From: Longimicrobiales bacterium
GTDB lineage: Bacteria; Gemmatimonadota; Gemmatimonadetes; Longimicrobiales; RSA9
DNA length: 64,000 bases
Assembly: GCA_035764935.1 (NCBI GenBank)
Contig: DASTYK010000089.1
Coordinates: forward strand, 10,732-74,731
Reading direction: 5' to 3'
Shown: one piece after another, positions 9,838 through 19,977 of the stretch
Position numbering within the stretch: position 1 is the stretch's first letter
Layout of the letters: the number at the start of each line of letters is the position of its first letter
Program-made: the position numbers and the translations under genes
The notes under the pieces: generated by a model
Told to the model about the DNA's origin: nothing
The model's database searches: none
Seen by the model: the letters and a program-made list of their open reading frames with translations, nothing else

Positions 9838-10728
9838 ATGCCTGCCGGCACGCTGCTCACCGAGGTGCTCCCGCGCGAGCACATTGTCGTGCCGCTGCGC
9901 GCGACGACGCTGCGCGAGGCACTCGATCAGCTCGCAGCCCGGCTCGAGCAGACCGGCGCCGTGCGCGAACCCGCGGCACTGCGCCGTGCGATGGAGGCAC
10001 ACCGCGCGCGCGACATCGTGCAGATCGGGTCGCGCGCGCTGCTGCCGCACTACCGCACAGAGGCCGTGGACCGGCTTGCGGTCGCGTTCGGCGTGACCGA
10101 GCAGCCACTGGTCGTCGACGGGGGACCCACGCGGGGCGTGCGCATCGTCGTCCTGATCCTCGCACCCGCGACCGCGGCCACACTGTACCTGCAGACGATC
10201 GCCGCACTCGCCCGCCTCTTCCACGACGACGCGCTCACCGAGCGCATCGTGCACGCCACATCCGCCGACGAGGTTCTCGACCTCGCGGAGATCTCGTCCC
10301 TCCGCATCGAGCCGCGCCTGACCGTGCGTGACCTCATGATCCACAGCGCCGACCACGTCAGCGTCGACCAGTCGGTGCGCGAGGCCGTCGACGTCATGGT
10401 CCGCAAGCGCGTGCGCGCACTGCCCGTGGTCAACGAGCAGCGCGAGGTAGTTGGAATCGTCAGCGAATGGGACGTGATGCGCGCGCTGCTGCCGCAGATC
10501 CCGCGCGCCGGCGACGAGGAAGACGACGCCGCGCAGCCCCAGCAGCCGCTGCGCGTCCGCGACGTCATGACCCGCTCCGTCCTCTGCATCTCCGAGGACA
10601 TGGGGCTCGTCGAAGCCGCCAATATGATGCTCAACAAGGACGTCGAGCAGTTTCCCGTGGTGAGCGAGGGCAAGTTCAGCGGCCTGCTCACCCGCAGTGA
10701 CATCATCCGCAAACTCTTTGGACGATAG
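9838..10728 (+). CDS. PTS EIIA type-2 (PtsN-like) domain fused to a CBS-domain pair
   Basis: The N-terminal 150 aa or so has EIIA-2-like layout with a LLPHYR histidine segment. The C-terminal half has two CBS repeats (VRDLM...ALPVV, VRDVM...QFPVV). Confidence 0.55.
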   Translation: MPAGTLLTEVLPREHIVVPLRATTLREALDQLAARLEQTGAVREPAALRRAMEAHRARDIVQIGSRALLPHYRTEAVDRLAVAFGVTEQPLVVDGGPTRGVRIVVLILAPATAATLYLQTIAALARLFHDDALTERIVHATSADEVLDLAEISSLRIEPRLTVRDLMIHSADHVSVDQSVREAVDVMVRKRVRALPVVNEQREVVGIVSEWDVMRALLPQIPRAGDEEDDAAQPQQPLRVRDVMTRSVLCISEDMGLVEAANMMLNKDVEQFPVVSEGKFSGLLTRSDIIRKLFGR

Positions 10729-10733
10729 GATCC

Positions 10734-11162
10734 ATGGCAGGCAACTACACGCTCACGATCATCAAGCCCGACGCCTTCGGCCGCAACCTCGCCGGCCGCA
10801 TCCTCGCCCACCTCGAGGAGCAGGGCTTCCGCATCCGCGCCGCCCGCACCATGCGCATGACCGAGGCGCAGGCAAAGGCATTCTACGAGGTTCACAAGGA
10901 GCGCCCCTTCTACGGCTCCCTCGTCAGCTTCATGACCAGCGGCCCCTGCATGCCCGTCGTCCTCGAGAAGGACGACGCCGTCGCAGCGCTCCGCAAGGCC
11001 ATCGGCGCGACCGACCCCGCCGAGGCCGACGACGGCACCGTCCGCAAGCTGTACGCGGAATCCAAGGAGCGGAACGCGATCCACGCCTCGGACTCCGATG
11101 AGAACGCTGCGCGCGAGGCCCGGTTCTTCTTTGCGGAGGCGGATGTGCTGGGGGCTTCCTAG
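10734..11162 (+). CDS. ndk: Nucleoside diphosphate kinase
   Basis: Carries TLTIIKPDAF and the NAIHASDS active-site histidine motif. Length is 142 aa. Confidence 0.95.
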   Translation: MAGNYTLTIIKPDAFGRNLAGRILAHLEEQGFRIRAARTMRMTEAQAKAFYEVHKERPFYGSLVSFMTSGPCMPVVLEKDDAVAALRKAIGATDPAEADDGTVRKLYAESKERNAIHASDSDENAAREARFFFAEADVLGAS

Positions 11163-11171
11163 AGTAGTGAA

Positions 11172-11335
11172 GCGGGCCCGGGCCTGGGCCTGGGCCCGGG
11201 GCCCGGTGGAACGGCGGGTGAGCGGCGCATGCTGCTCGCACTCGACACGGCGCCGTCGGTGCGGAGGCCGGACAGGGGGGCTGGACGTTCTGGGCCACCC
11301 CGGCCCCGGGCCCACGGCCCCGGGCCCCGGCCCGC
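11172..11335. repeat. Pair of imperfect inverted GGGCCC-rich low-complexity arms flanking about 90 nt
   Basis: Left arm is GCGGGCCCGGGCCTGGGCCTGGGCCCGGGGCCCGG (11172-11206). Right arm is CCCCGGCCCCGGGCCCACGGCCCCGGGCCCCGGCCCGC (11298-11335). The reverse complement of the right arm aligns to the left arm with a few indels, and both arms contain four or more G3/C3 runs. Confidence 0.7.
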
Positions 11336-11394
11336 CTCAGCACCGAGGGCATCAGACGCCCAGCCTTGCCCATACGTTTCCACCCGCCAACTCA

Positions 11395-11423
11395 TTGACA
11401 CTCCACGAGAAATCCAGCAAATT
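11395..11423 (+). promoter_or_regulatory. Possible sigma-70-type promoter for the yceD-rpmF-plsX-fab operon
   Basis: Perfect -35 TTGACA (11395-11400), a 17-nt spacer and a weak -10 CAAATT (11418-11423). The ATG at 11432 has no SD, so the transcript could be leaderless or near-leaderless. Confidence 0.3.
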
Positions 11424-11431
11424 ACACGACT

Positions 11432-11941
11432 ATGCTGACAGTCGATCTGGGCCGGCTGCAGCGGTCGGTGAAGCTGGAGATCGAGGGGCAGCTGGACCCG
11501 GACGACCCCGCGCTCGCGGATCTGAATCTCCGGCTGGCGGAGCCGCTGCAGGTGAGGCTCGAGGCGCACCAGGCAGGGCCCGACGTGCTGGTCCGGGGGC
11601 GTATGCGGGGTGAGCTGGAGCTCGAGTGTGCGCGCTGCCTGAAGCCGGTACGCCACACGCTGGATGAAGAGGTCACCTTCCTCTACGTCGAGGGGGTCGA
11701 CGAGACGGCCGCGGAGGACCAGGAAGTGTATCCGCTGCCGGAGACGGGCTGGACGCTGGATCTCGGACCGGCGCTGCGTGAGCACCTGGTGCTTGCGGCG
11801 CCGGCACATGTCTTGTGCCGCGAAGAGTGCAGAGGGCTCTGCCCGACGTGCGGCACGGATCGCAACGAGGCGCCGTGCGAATGCGAGGCGTCGGACGTGG
11901 ACGATCGCTGGGCTGCGCTCCGGCGGCTCGGCTCCGAATAG
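11432..11941 (+). CDS. yceD: YceD/DUF177 family protein (large-subunit rRNA accumulation protein)
   Basis: Acidic 169-aa protein with C-terminal cysteine clusters CREECRGLCPTCG...APCEC. It holds the canonical position directly upstream of rpmF. Confidence 0.8.
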   Translation: MLTVDLGRLQRSVKLEIEGQLDPDDPALADLNLRLAEPLQVRLEAHQAGPDVLVRGRMRGELELECARCLKPVRHTLDEEVTFLYVEGVDETAAEDQEVYPLPETGWTLDLGPALREHLVLAAPAHVLCREECRGLCPTCGTDRNEAPCECEASDVDDRWAALRRLGSE

Positions 11942-11959
11942 ACGGAGAGGACGAGGACG

Positions 11960-12142
11960 ATGGCGGTACCGAAGAAGAAGGTCTCGAAGCAGCGGAGGCG
12001 GAAGCGTCGCGGCGCGATGAAGGCCGAGATGCCCTCCGTGCAGCGCTGCCCGAAGTGCGGTGATCCGAAGATGCCGCACCGGGTGTGCCCGACGTGCGGG
12101 ACGTACAAGGGCGAGCAGGTCTTCGAGGTCGAAGAGATCTGA
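11960..12142 (+). CDS. rpmF: 50S ribosomal protein L32
   Basis: MAVPKKKVSKQRRRKRR N-terminus and a CPKCG...CPTCG zinc ribbon. Length is 60 aa. Confidence 0.95.
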   Translation: MAVPKKKVSKQRRRKRRGAMKAEMPSVQRCPKCGDPKMPHRVCPTCGTYKGEQVFEVEEI

Positions 12143-12153
12143 GGGAGGGCGCC

Positions 12154-13146
12154 TTGCGCATCGCGCTGGACGCGATGGGCACGGATCGCCACCCGGACAT
12201 CGAGGTGGCGGGTGCCCTGCAGGCCCTGCGCGAGCTGCCGGCGGATTTCGAGCTGCTGCTGGTCGGCGACGAGCCGCGCATCGCCAGGTCGCTGGCGGAG
12301 CAGGAGCCGGCGCCGGCGGGCAGGCTGCACATCGTGCATGCCGAGGAGACGGTAGCTCCGGGGGAGCCGCCGGCTTCGGCCGTACGCCGTAAGCGGAAGA
12401 GCTCGATTGCGGTGGGGCTGGGGCTGCAGAAGGAGAACAGGGCGGACGCCTTCGTGAGTGCCGGGTCGACCGGCGCGGTCATGGCGGCGTCCCTTTTTCT
12501 TTTGGGCCCGGTGCCGGGTGTCGACCGGCCGGCGGTTGCGACACCGCTGCCGACGTCGGGGGAGCCGCTGCTGCTGATCGACGCGGGCGCAAACGTGGAT
12601 ACCAAGCCGCATCACCTGGCGCAGTTCGCGCACCTCGCGGCCATTTACGTCGAGGACGTGTGGCAGCGCCCGCGCCCGCGCGTCGGCCTGCTGAACATCG
12701 GCGAAGAGCCGGAGAAGGGCGACGAGCTGGCGGTCGAGACGTACAGCCTGCTCGAGAAGAGCGGCCTGAACTTCATCGGCAACGTCGAGGGACGCGACGT
12801 GATCCGCGGGGTCTGCGACGTGCTCGTCGCGGACGGGTTCGTGGGCAACGTGCTGCTGAAGTTCTACGAGTCGATCATGGTGTTCATGGCCGGGCTGCTG
12901 GAGCGGGAGTTCGCGGCGAACGGGGTCGCGATGGACGTGAGCCGGCTGCTGCGCGGTTTCGACTATACGGAGTACGGTGGTGCGCCGCTGCTGGGCGTGA
13001 ACGGCGTTTCGATCATCTGTCATGGTGGCTCGCCGCCGCGTGCGATTGCCAATGCGATCCGGGTGGCCCGCCAGGCGGTGCATACGAAGATGGTGGGACA
13101 CATTGCGCGGGAAGTGACTGCGCACGCTGGCGCTGCACATGAGTAA
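12154..13146 (+). CDS. plsX: Phosphate acyltransferase PlsX
   Basis: Begins LRIALDAMGTD and carries GSTGAVMAA and GFVGNVLLK motifs. The start is placed at the TTG at 12154, behind the SD GAGGGAGGG; the listed ORF start at 12085 would overlap rpmF. Confidence 0.9.
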   Translation: MRIALDAMGTDRHPDIEVAGALQALRELPADFELLLVGDEPRIARSLAEQEPAPAGRLHIVHAEETVAPGEPPASAVRRKRKSSIAVGLGLQKENRADAFVSAGSTGAVMAASLFLLGPVPGVDRPAVATPLPTSGEPLLLIDAGANVDTKPHHLAQFAHLAAIYVEDVWQRPRPRVGLLNIGEEPEKGDELAVETYSLLEKSGLNFIGNVEGRDVIRGVCDVLVADGFVGNVLLKFYESIMVFMAGLLEREFAANGVAMDVSRLLRGFDYTEYGGAPLLGVNGVSIICHGGSPPRAIANAIRVARQAVHTKMVGHIAREVTAHAGAAHE

Positions 13147-13176
13147 GCGTGCGGCGGGACTGAGAGGAAAGACCGG

Positions 13177-14169
13177 ATGAAGTCACCCAAGCCCATCATC
13201 GAGGTCGTATCGACCGGCCGTTACCTGCCGGAGCGCGTTCTGACGAACGCGGACCTCGAGAAGATGGTGGAAACGACGGACGAGTGGATCCGCGAACGCA
13301 CCGGCATCAGTGAGCGCCGGATCGCAGGCGACGACATGGGGGCCGCGGAGATGGGGGCCAATGCGTCGCGCATCGCGATGGAGCGCGCGGGCGTGCATCC
13401 GGGCGAGGTCGACCTGATCGTGCTCTCGACGGCGACGCCGGACCGGCTGCTTCCGTCCACCGCGTGCGACATGCAGGCGCTGCTCGGCGCGACCAATGCG
13501 GCCGCGTTCGACGTGAGCGCCGCGTGCTCCGGATTTCTCTACGCGCTTACCGTCGCAGAGGGCTACATCGCGGCCGGTCGTGGCGAGATCGCGCTCGTGG
13601 TGTCCACCGAGAAGATGAGCGGCATCGTCGACTGGGGCGACCGCTCGACGTGCGTGCTCTTCGGTGACGGCGCAGGTGCGGCCATCGTGCGCAGGGCGCA
13701 GAACGGCCGCGGCGTGCTTTCCAGCTTCATGCGCTCCGACGGCACGCTGGCCGAGCTGCTCTGGCGGCCCGCGGGCGGTGTGAAGGTGCCGATGGACATC
13801 GCGGTGCTGGACGAGAAGTCGCACCTGGTGAAGATGGCGGGGCGCGAAGTCTTCAAGGCCGCGGTCCGCTCCATGGCGGAGGCGGCGGACCAGGCGCTGC
13901 TGCGCGCAGGGCTGACCGGCGACGACATCGACCTGCTGATCCCGCACCAGGCGAACATCCGGATCATCGAGGCGACGGCGCGCTATGCGGACGTGCCGAT
14001 GGAGAAGGTCTTCGTGAACGTGGACCGCTACGGCAACATGAGCTCCGCGACCGTGCCCGTCGCGCTGGACGAGGCCGTCGAGCAGGGGCGCATCAAGCCG
14101 GGCGACAACGTGCTGATGGTCGCGTTCGGCGCTGGCTTCACATGGGGTTCGGGGGTGATCCGGTGGTAG
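13177..14169 (+). CDS. fabH: 3-oxoacyl-ACP synthase III
   Basis: AACSGFLYAL active-site cysteine, HQANIRII, GNMSSATVP and FGAGFTWG motifs. Confidence 0.95.
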   Translation: MKSPKPIIEVVSTGRYLPERVLTNADLEKMVETTDEWIRERTGISERRIAGDDMGAAEMGANASRIAMERAGVHPGEVDLIVLSTATPDRLLPSTACDMQALLGATNAAAFDVSAACSGFLYALTVAEGYIAAGRGEIALVVSTEKMSGIVDWGDRSTCVLFGDGAGAAIVRRAQNGRGVLSSFMRSDGTLAELLWRPAGGVKVPMDIAVLDEKSHLVKMAGREVFKAAVRSMAEAADQALLRAGLTGDDIDLLIPHQANIRIIEATARYADVPMEKVFVNVDRYGNMSSATVPVALDEAVEQGRIKPGDNVLMVAFGAGFTWGSGVIRW

Positions 14170-15080
14170 GGCTGCTGTTCCCGGGACAGGGCTCGCAGTT
14201 CGTCGGCATGGGCCGCGACCTGGCGGCGTCGAGCGACGCTGCACGCCGCACGTTCGAGGAAGCGGACGAGGTGCTCGGCTTCGCGCTTTCGCAGCTCTGC
14301 TGGGAGGGGCCGGAAGAGGAGCTGACGGCGACCAGCAATGCGCAGCCCGCGATCCTGGTGCACTCCGTTGCGGCATACCGTGCAGCGGTCGATTCGATCG
14401 GCGACGTAGCACTCGCTGCCGGCCACTCGCTGGGCGAGTTCAGCGCCTGGGTGACCGCGGGCGCGGTTTCCTTTGCGGACGGCGTTCGCACCGTGCGCCG
14501 GCGCGGCGAGCTCATGTACGAGGGCGGGCAGGCGCGGCCCGGGACGATGGCCGCGCTGCTGGGACTCGACGACGCCGAAGCAGAGCGCGTCTGCCGCGAG
14601 GCGAGCGGCGCGGACGGCGAGTGCGTACCGGCCAACTACAACTCGCCCGGCCAGATCGTGATCTCGGGTGACGTCGCGGCTGTCGAGCGCGCCATGGTCC
14701 TCGCGAAGGACGCGGGTGCAAAGCGCGCGCTCCGCCTGAACGTATCCGGCGCATTCCACTCGCCGCTGATGCGCGTCGCCGAGGACGGGCTGCGTGCGCA
14801 GCTCGACTCCGTCGAGATCGGCGCTCCGGCATTTCCGGTGGTATCCAACGTCACGGCGGAGCCGGTTACGAACGCTGCCGACGCACGCCGGTTGCTCGTC
14901 GAGCAGCTCACCTCGCCCGTGCGCTGGACGGAGAGCGTCCGCACCATGGTTGCCCAGGGGGTGACCAGCTTCGTGGAGGTCGGCCCGGGGTCGGTGCTCA
15001 GCGGGCTGGTCCGGCGCATCGAGAAGGGTGTGCCCACGCGGACGATCGGCACCGCAGCCGAGCTGGAGGCGCTGACATGA
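14142..15080 (+). CDS. fabD: Malonyl-CoA:ACP transacylase
   Basis: LFPGQGSQ, GHSLGEFSA and SGAFHSPLM motifs. The true start may be the in-frame GTG at 14163, which would overlap fabH by only 7 nt. Confidence 0.9.
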   Translation: MGFGGDPVVGLLFPGQGSQFVGMGRDLAASSDAARRTFEEADEVLGFALSQLCWEGPEEELTATSNAQPAILVHSVAAYRAAVDSIGDVALAAGHSLGEFSAWVTAGAVSFADGVRTVRRRGELMYEGGQARPGTMAALLGLDDAEAERVCREASGADGECVPANYNSPGQIVISGDVAAVERAMVLAKDAGAKRALRLNVSGAFHSPLMRVAEDGLRAQLDSVEIGAPAFPVVSNVTAEPVTNAADARRLLVEQLTSPVRWTESVRTMVAQGVTSFVEVGPGSVLSGLVRRIEKGVPTRTIGTAAELEALT

Positions 15081-15820
15081 GCGCACGCGAGCTGGAGGGG
15101 AACGTCGCGCTCGTCACGGGCGCCACGCGCGGCATCGGCCGCACGATCGCCGAGCATCTGGCCAGGGCAGGCGCCCGCGTCGCGGTCGTCGGCCGCACGG
15201 CGGAGCGCGCGGAGGAGGCCGCGGACTCGCTTGCCGGCGTGGGCCATCGCGGTTATGCCTGCAACGTCGCTGATCCGGCGGCGGCGGCCGCACTCGTGAA
15301 GCAGGTCGAGGAGGACCTTGGCGGCCTCGACATCCTCGTGAACAATGCGGGCATCACGGAGGACAACCTGCTCATGCGCCTCAGCGACGAGGCCTGGGAC
15401 CGTGTGCTCGAGACCAATCTGAAGGGCCCGTTCAATCTGATCCGCGCCGCCGCGCGCGGCATGATGCGCCGCAGGAGCGGGCGTATCATCAACATCACGA
15501 GCGTGGTCGGATTGATGGGCAATCCGGGGCAGGCCAACTATGCGGCCTCCAAGGCCGGCCTGATCGGGCTGACGAAGACGGTGGCGCGGGAGCTGGCCTC
15601 GCGGGGCATTCTGTGCAACGCGGTGGCGCCCGGATTCATCGAGTCGGACATGACGGCGGCGCTGCCCGAGGCGACGCGCGCGTCATTGCAGGAGCAGATT
15701 GCGCTCGGGCGCCTCGGCACCGGTGACGACGTGGCGAGCGTCGTGCGCTTTCTTGCCGGACCGGGGGCGGGCTACATTACCGGCCAGACCATCGTCGTCG
15801 ATGGCGGCATGGTGATTTAA
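15077..15820 (+). CDS. fabG: 3-oxoacyl-ACP reductase
   Basis: SDR motifs [14 protein letters not shown] and YAASKAG. Has an ATGA overlap with fabD. Confidence 0.92.
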   Translation: MSARELEGNVALVTGATRGIGRTIAEHLARAGARVAVVGRTAERAEEAADSLAGVGHRGYACNVADPAAAAALVKQVEEDLGGLDILVNNAGITEDNLLMRLSDEAWDRVLETNLKGPFNLIRAAARGMMRRRSGRIINITSVVGLMGNPGQANYAASKAGLIGLTKTVARELASRGILCNAVAPGFIESDMTAALPEATRASLQEQIALGRLGTGDDVASVVRFLAGPGAGYITGQTIVVDGGMVI

Positions 15821-15840
15821 CAACTCACAGCGAGGACATC

Positions 15841-16080
15841 ATGGCGGATACCGAAGCGAAGGTGAAGGAGATCATCATCAACGAGCTGGGCGTGGAGCCG
15901 GAGAAGGTCACGCTCGATGCGTCGTTCGTAGAGGATCTCGGCGCCGACTCGCTGGATACCGTTGAGCTCGTGATGGCGTTCGAAGAGGAGTTCGGGATCG
16001 AGATTCCGGACGAGGACGCCGAAAAGCTGCAGAAGGTCGGCGACGCCGTGAAGTACCTGCAGGAGAAGGGCGTCGAGTAG
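15841..16080 (+). CDS. acpP: Acyl carrier protein
   Basis: 79 aa with the [13 protein letters not shown] phosphopantetheine attachment motif. Confidence 0.97.
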   Translation: MADTEAKVKEIIINELGVEPEKVTLDASFVEDLGADSLDTVELVMAFEEEFGIEIPDEDAEKLQKVGDAVKYLQEKGVE

Positions 16081-16099
16081 CCCTGCTGCTCGAGACATC

Positions 16100-17365
<1,266 letters not shown>

Positions 17366-17404
17366 CCGACCCGCAGGGATGCCGACCCGGGGCACCCCGA
17401 GAGA

Positions 17405-17440
17405 CCCCGCGCCATCGTCGTATGGCGCGGGGTTTTCGCT
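17405..17440 (+). terminator. Rho-independent terminator after fabF
   Basis: Perfect 11-bp stem CCCCGCGCCAT / ATGGCGCGGGG with a 6-nt loop, followed by TTTTCGCTT. Confidence 0.85.
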
Positions 17441-17473
17441 TGCAGCGGGTCATTCCCGCGCCTATTCTACCCG

Positions 17474-18646
17474 GTGGAGAACCTGTTCCCTGAGCCGGAT
17501 TTGCTGATGACACCGGCACTCGCTGCCGAGCTGCACATAGCCCCGTCGGACCCGTCGCTGGCCCCGATCGCCGAAAAGGTGCTCGAGGGGGTGCGGCTGA
17601 CCAGGGAAGACGGCGTGGCACTCTTCGAATCGCGCGACCTGCTCGCCATCGGCGCAATGGCGGACTGGGTGAACCGCCGCAAGAACGGCGATCGCGTCTT
17701 CCTGTGCGCGAACCAGCACCTGAATCCGACCAACGTCTGCATCCTGCGCGCGACGTGCACCTTCTGCTCCTTTGCGCGCCGCCCGAAGGAAGATGGCGCG
17801 TACACGATGGAGCTGGAGGAGGCCTTCCACGAGGCGTCGCTCGCGCGTGACACACCGGTGCGCGAGTTCCACATCGTCGGTGGGCTGCACCCGAAGCTGC
17901 GGGTCTCGTACTACGAGGAGCTGATTCGCGGGTTGAAGGAGCGTCATCCGGGTGTCGAGATCAAGGCGCTCACGGCTGTCGAGATCGCGCACCTCGCACG
18001 CATCGAGAAGACCACGGTCGAGGACGTGCTGCAGCGGCTGGTCGACGCCGGACTCGACACGCTGCCGGGCGGCGGTGCCGAAGTGTTCGCCAAGGGCGTG
18101 CGTGCGACGATCGCCGAGCGCAAGCTCGCGGCGGAGGAGTGGATCGACGTGCACCGTCGTGCGCATCGCATGGGCGTGCGCAGCAACGCGACCATGCTCT
18201 ACGGTCACGTCGAGACGTACGAGGACCGTGTCGACCACCTGGCCATGCTGCGCGAGCTGCAGGACGAGACGGGCGGGTTCCTGGCGTACATCCCGCTGGC
18301 GTACCACCCGGACAACAATGAGCTGGGCGAGCAGCTCGGCCGCACCGGCACGGCGACGACCGGTTTCGACGACCTGAAGAACCTCGCAATCGGGCGGCTG
18401 TTCCTGGACAACTTCCGCCACATCAAGACGCACTGGATCATGAACACGGCGAAGGTCAGCCAGATCGCGCTGCACTTCGGGGTCGACGATCTCGAGGGCA
18501 CGGTGCGGCGCGAGCGGATCTATCATGACGCCGGTGCACACACCCCTGAGGGCATGACGTTCGCCGAGATCGTGCGGCTGATCCGCGATGCGGGCAGGCG
18601 GCCGGTCGAGCGCAACGTGCAGTACGAGGAGGTGCGGGAATGGTGA
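17474..18646 (+). CDS. mqnE: Radical SAM enzyme of the futalosine menaquinone pathway, probably aminofutalosine synthase MqnE
   Basis: CILRATCTFCSF (CxxxCxxC) cluster motif and CofH/ThiH-like layout. The segment IKALTAVEIAHL...AGLDTLPGGGAEVF resembles MqnE as I recall the family. The MqnE versus MqnC assignment is not certain, and the start could be the ATG at 17507. Confidence 0.6.
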   Translation: MENLFPEPDLLMTPALAAELHIAPSDPSLAPIAEKVLEGVRLTREDGVALFESRDLLAIGAMADWVNRRKNGDRVFLCANQHLNPTNVCILRATCTFCSFARRPKEDGAYTMELEEAFHEASLARDTPVREFHIVGGLHPKLRVSYYEELIRGLKERHPGVEIKALTAVEIAHLARIEKTTVEDVLQRLVDAGLDTLPGGGAEVFAKGVRATIAERKLAAEEWIDVHRRAHRMGVRSNATMLYGHVETYEDRVDHLAMLRELQDETGGFLAYIPLAYHPDNNELGEQLGRTGTATTGFDDLKNLAIGRLFLDNFRHIKTHWIMNTAKVSQIALHFGVDDLEGTVRRERIYHDAGAHTPEGMTFAEIVRLIRDAGRRPVERNVQYEEVREW

Positions 18647-19977
18647 GCCCGAACGGGTCGGGCGACGCCGAACAGCGGCGTCCGGGCATCCGCCTCGTCG
18701 ACAGTGGCGGTGTCGTTGCGACCGGTGAGCGCGTGATTCCGGACGAGCAGCGGCGCCTCCCGATCCTGCAGACAGTATCGCCGCGCCGGCGCGAGCCGAG
18801 TGCGGCCGGCTCGCTGGGCTCGCAGCGGCAGGCACCGGCTCCGGACTACGTGCCGGCACCCGTGCACGCGCGGCCGCACGGCGCCGAGATCGCCGAGTGG
18901 CTCGAGGTGAAGCAGACGACGTCGCTGCTCGAGCTGGGCGCACGCGCCGATGCAGTCCGGCAGCAGAAGCACCCCGAAGGCGTCGTCAGCTACATCGTCG
19001 ATCGCAACATCAACTACTCGAACGTGTGCGTGACCGACTGCCGGTTCTGCGCGTTCTACCGCCGCCCCAAGGACGACGAGGCGTACGTCCTCTCGTACGA
19101 GGAGATCGGCGCCAAGATCGACGAGACGAAGGCGCTCGGTGGTGTGCAGATCCTGATGCAGGGTGGTCACAACCCGTACCTGCCGCTCGACTGGTACACC
19201 GGGCTGCTGCGCTACATCAAGGAGCACCATCCGATCCACGTGCACGGCTTCAGTGCATCGGAGATCGAGATGATCTCCAAGGTGTCGAAGCTGCCCGTCG
19301 ATGAAGTGCTGCTGCAGCTCAGGCAGGCCGGGCTCGACTCGATGCCGGGCGCGGGCGCGGAGATCCTGGTCGATGCGGTGCGCGATTTCATTGCGCCGAA
19401 GAAGATCGACTCGAGCCGGTGGATCGAGATCCACGAGGCGGCGCACGAGGTCGGACTGCTGACCACGGCCACGATGATGTACGGTGTCGGGGAAGCGTGG
19501 GAGGACAGGCTGGAGCACATGCTCAAGCTGCGGGCAGCGCAGGAGCGCAGCCTGAAGCGCGGCGCCGGTCGGTTCACCGCGTTCATCACGTGGTCGTTCC
19601 AGCCGTCACACACGGAGATGGAGAGCTGGGATCTCGAGCTCGGCACCGGGATGGACTACCTCGTAACGACCGCACTGGGCCGGCTCGTGCTGGACAACTT
19701 CGACAACGTGCAGGTCTCGTACGTGACGCAGGGGCCGAAGATGGCGCAGGTCGCGCTGCGCTTCGGCGCAAACGATTTCGGCTCACTCATGATCGAGGAG
19801 AACGTGGTGAGCGCGACCGGCATCGACTTCATCATGCCGGAAACGGAGATCGTGCGGCTGATCGAGGACGCGGGCTTCACGCCGCGTCGACGCTACCAGG
19901 ATTACACACTCGCAAACCAGGGCGACACGGGGTGCCCGTGCTGCGCGCAGCGCGCGACCGTGGCGGTGGAGGGTTGA
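18640..19977 (+). CDS. mqnC: Radical SAM enzyme of the futalosine pathway, probably cyclic dehypoxanthinyl futalosine synthase MqnC (start uncertain)
   Basis: NINYSNVCVTDCRFCAFYR cluster motif and HGFSASEI...AGLDSMPGAGAEIL. The first 80 codons or so (Arg/Pro/Ser-rich) look non-homologous, so the real start is probably an internal GTG near codon 80. Confidence 0.6.
   Translation: MVSPNGSGDAEQRRPGIRLVDSGGVVATGERVIPDEQRRLPILQTVSPRRREPSAAGSLGSQRQAPAPDYVPAPVHARPHGAEIAEWLEVKQTTSLLELGARADAVRQQKHPEGVVSYIVDRNINYSNVCVTDCRFCAFYRRPKDDEAYVLSYEEIGAKIDETKALGGVQILMQGGHNPYLPLDWYTGLLRYIKEHHPIHVHGFSASEIEMISKVSKLPVDEVLLQLRQAGLDSMPGAGAEILVDAVRDFIAPKKIDSSRWIEIHEAAHEVGLLTTATMMYGVGEAWEDRLEHMLKLRAAQERSLKRGAGRFTAFITWSFQPSHTEMESWDLELGTGMDYLVTTALGRLVLDNFDNVQVSYVTQGPKMAQVALRFGANDFGSLMIEENVVSATGIDFIMPETEIVRLIEDAGFTPRRRYQDYTLANQGDTGCPCCAQRATVAVEG

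Noticed and set aside
10930-11373. Minus-strand ORF containing GPGPGPGP, and the plus-strand ORF 11098-11613.
   Set aside because: The collagen-like GP repeats are just translations of the GGGCCC-rich arms. The rest of each ORF is Arg/Pro-rich with no coding signature, so the region is treated as non-coding repeat DNA.
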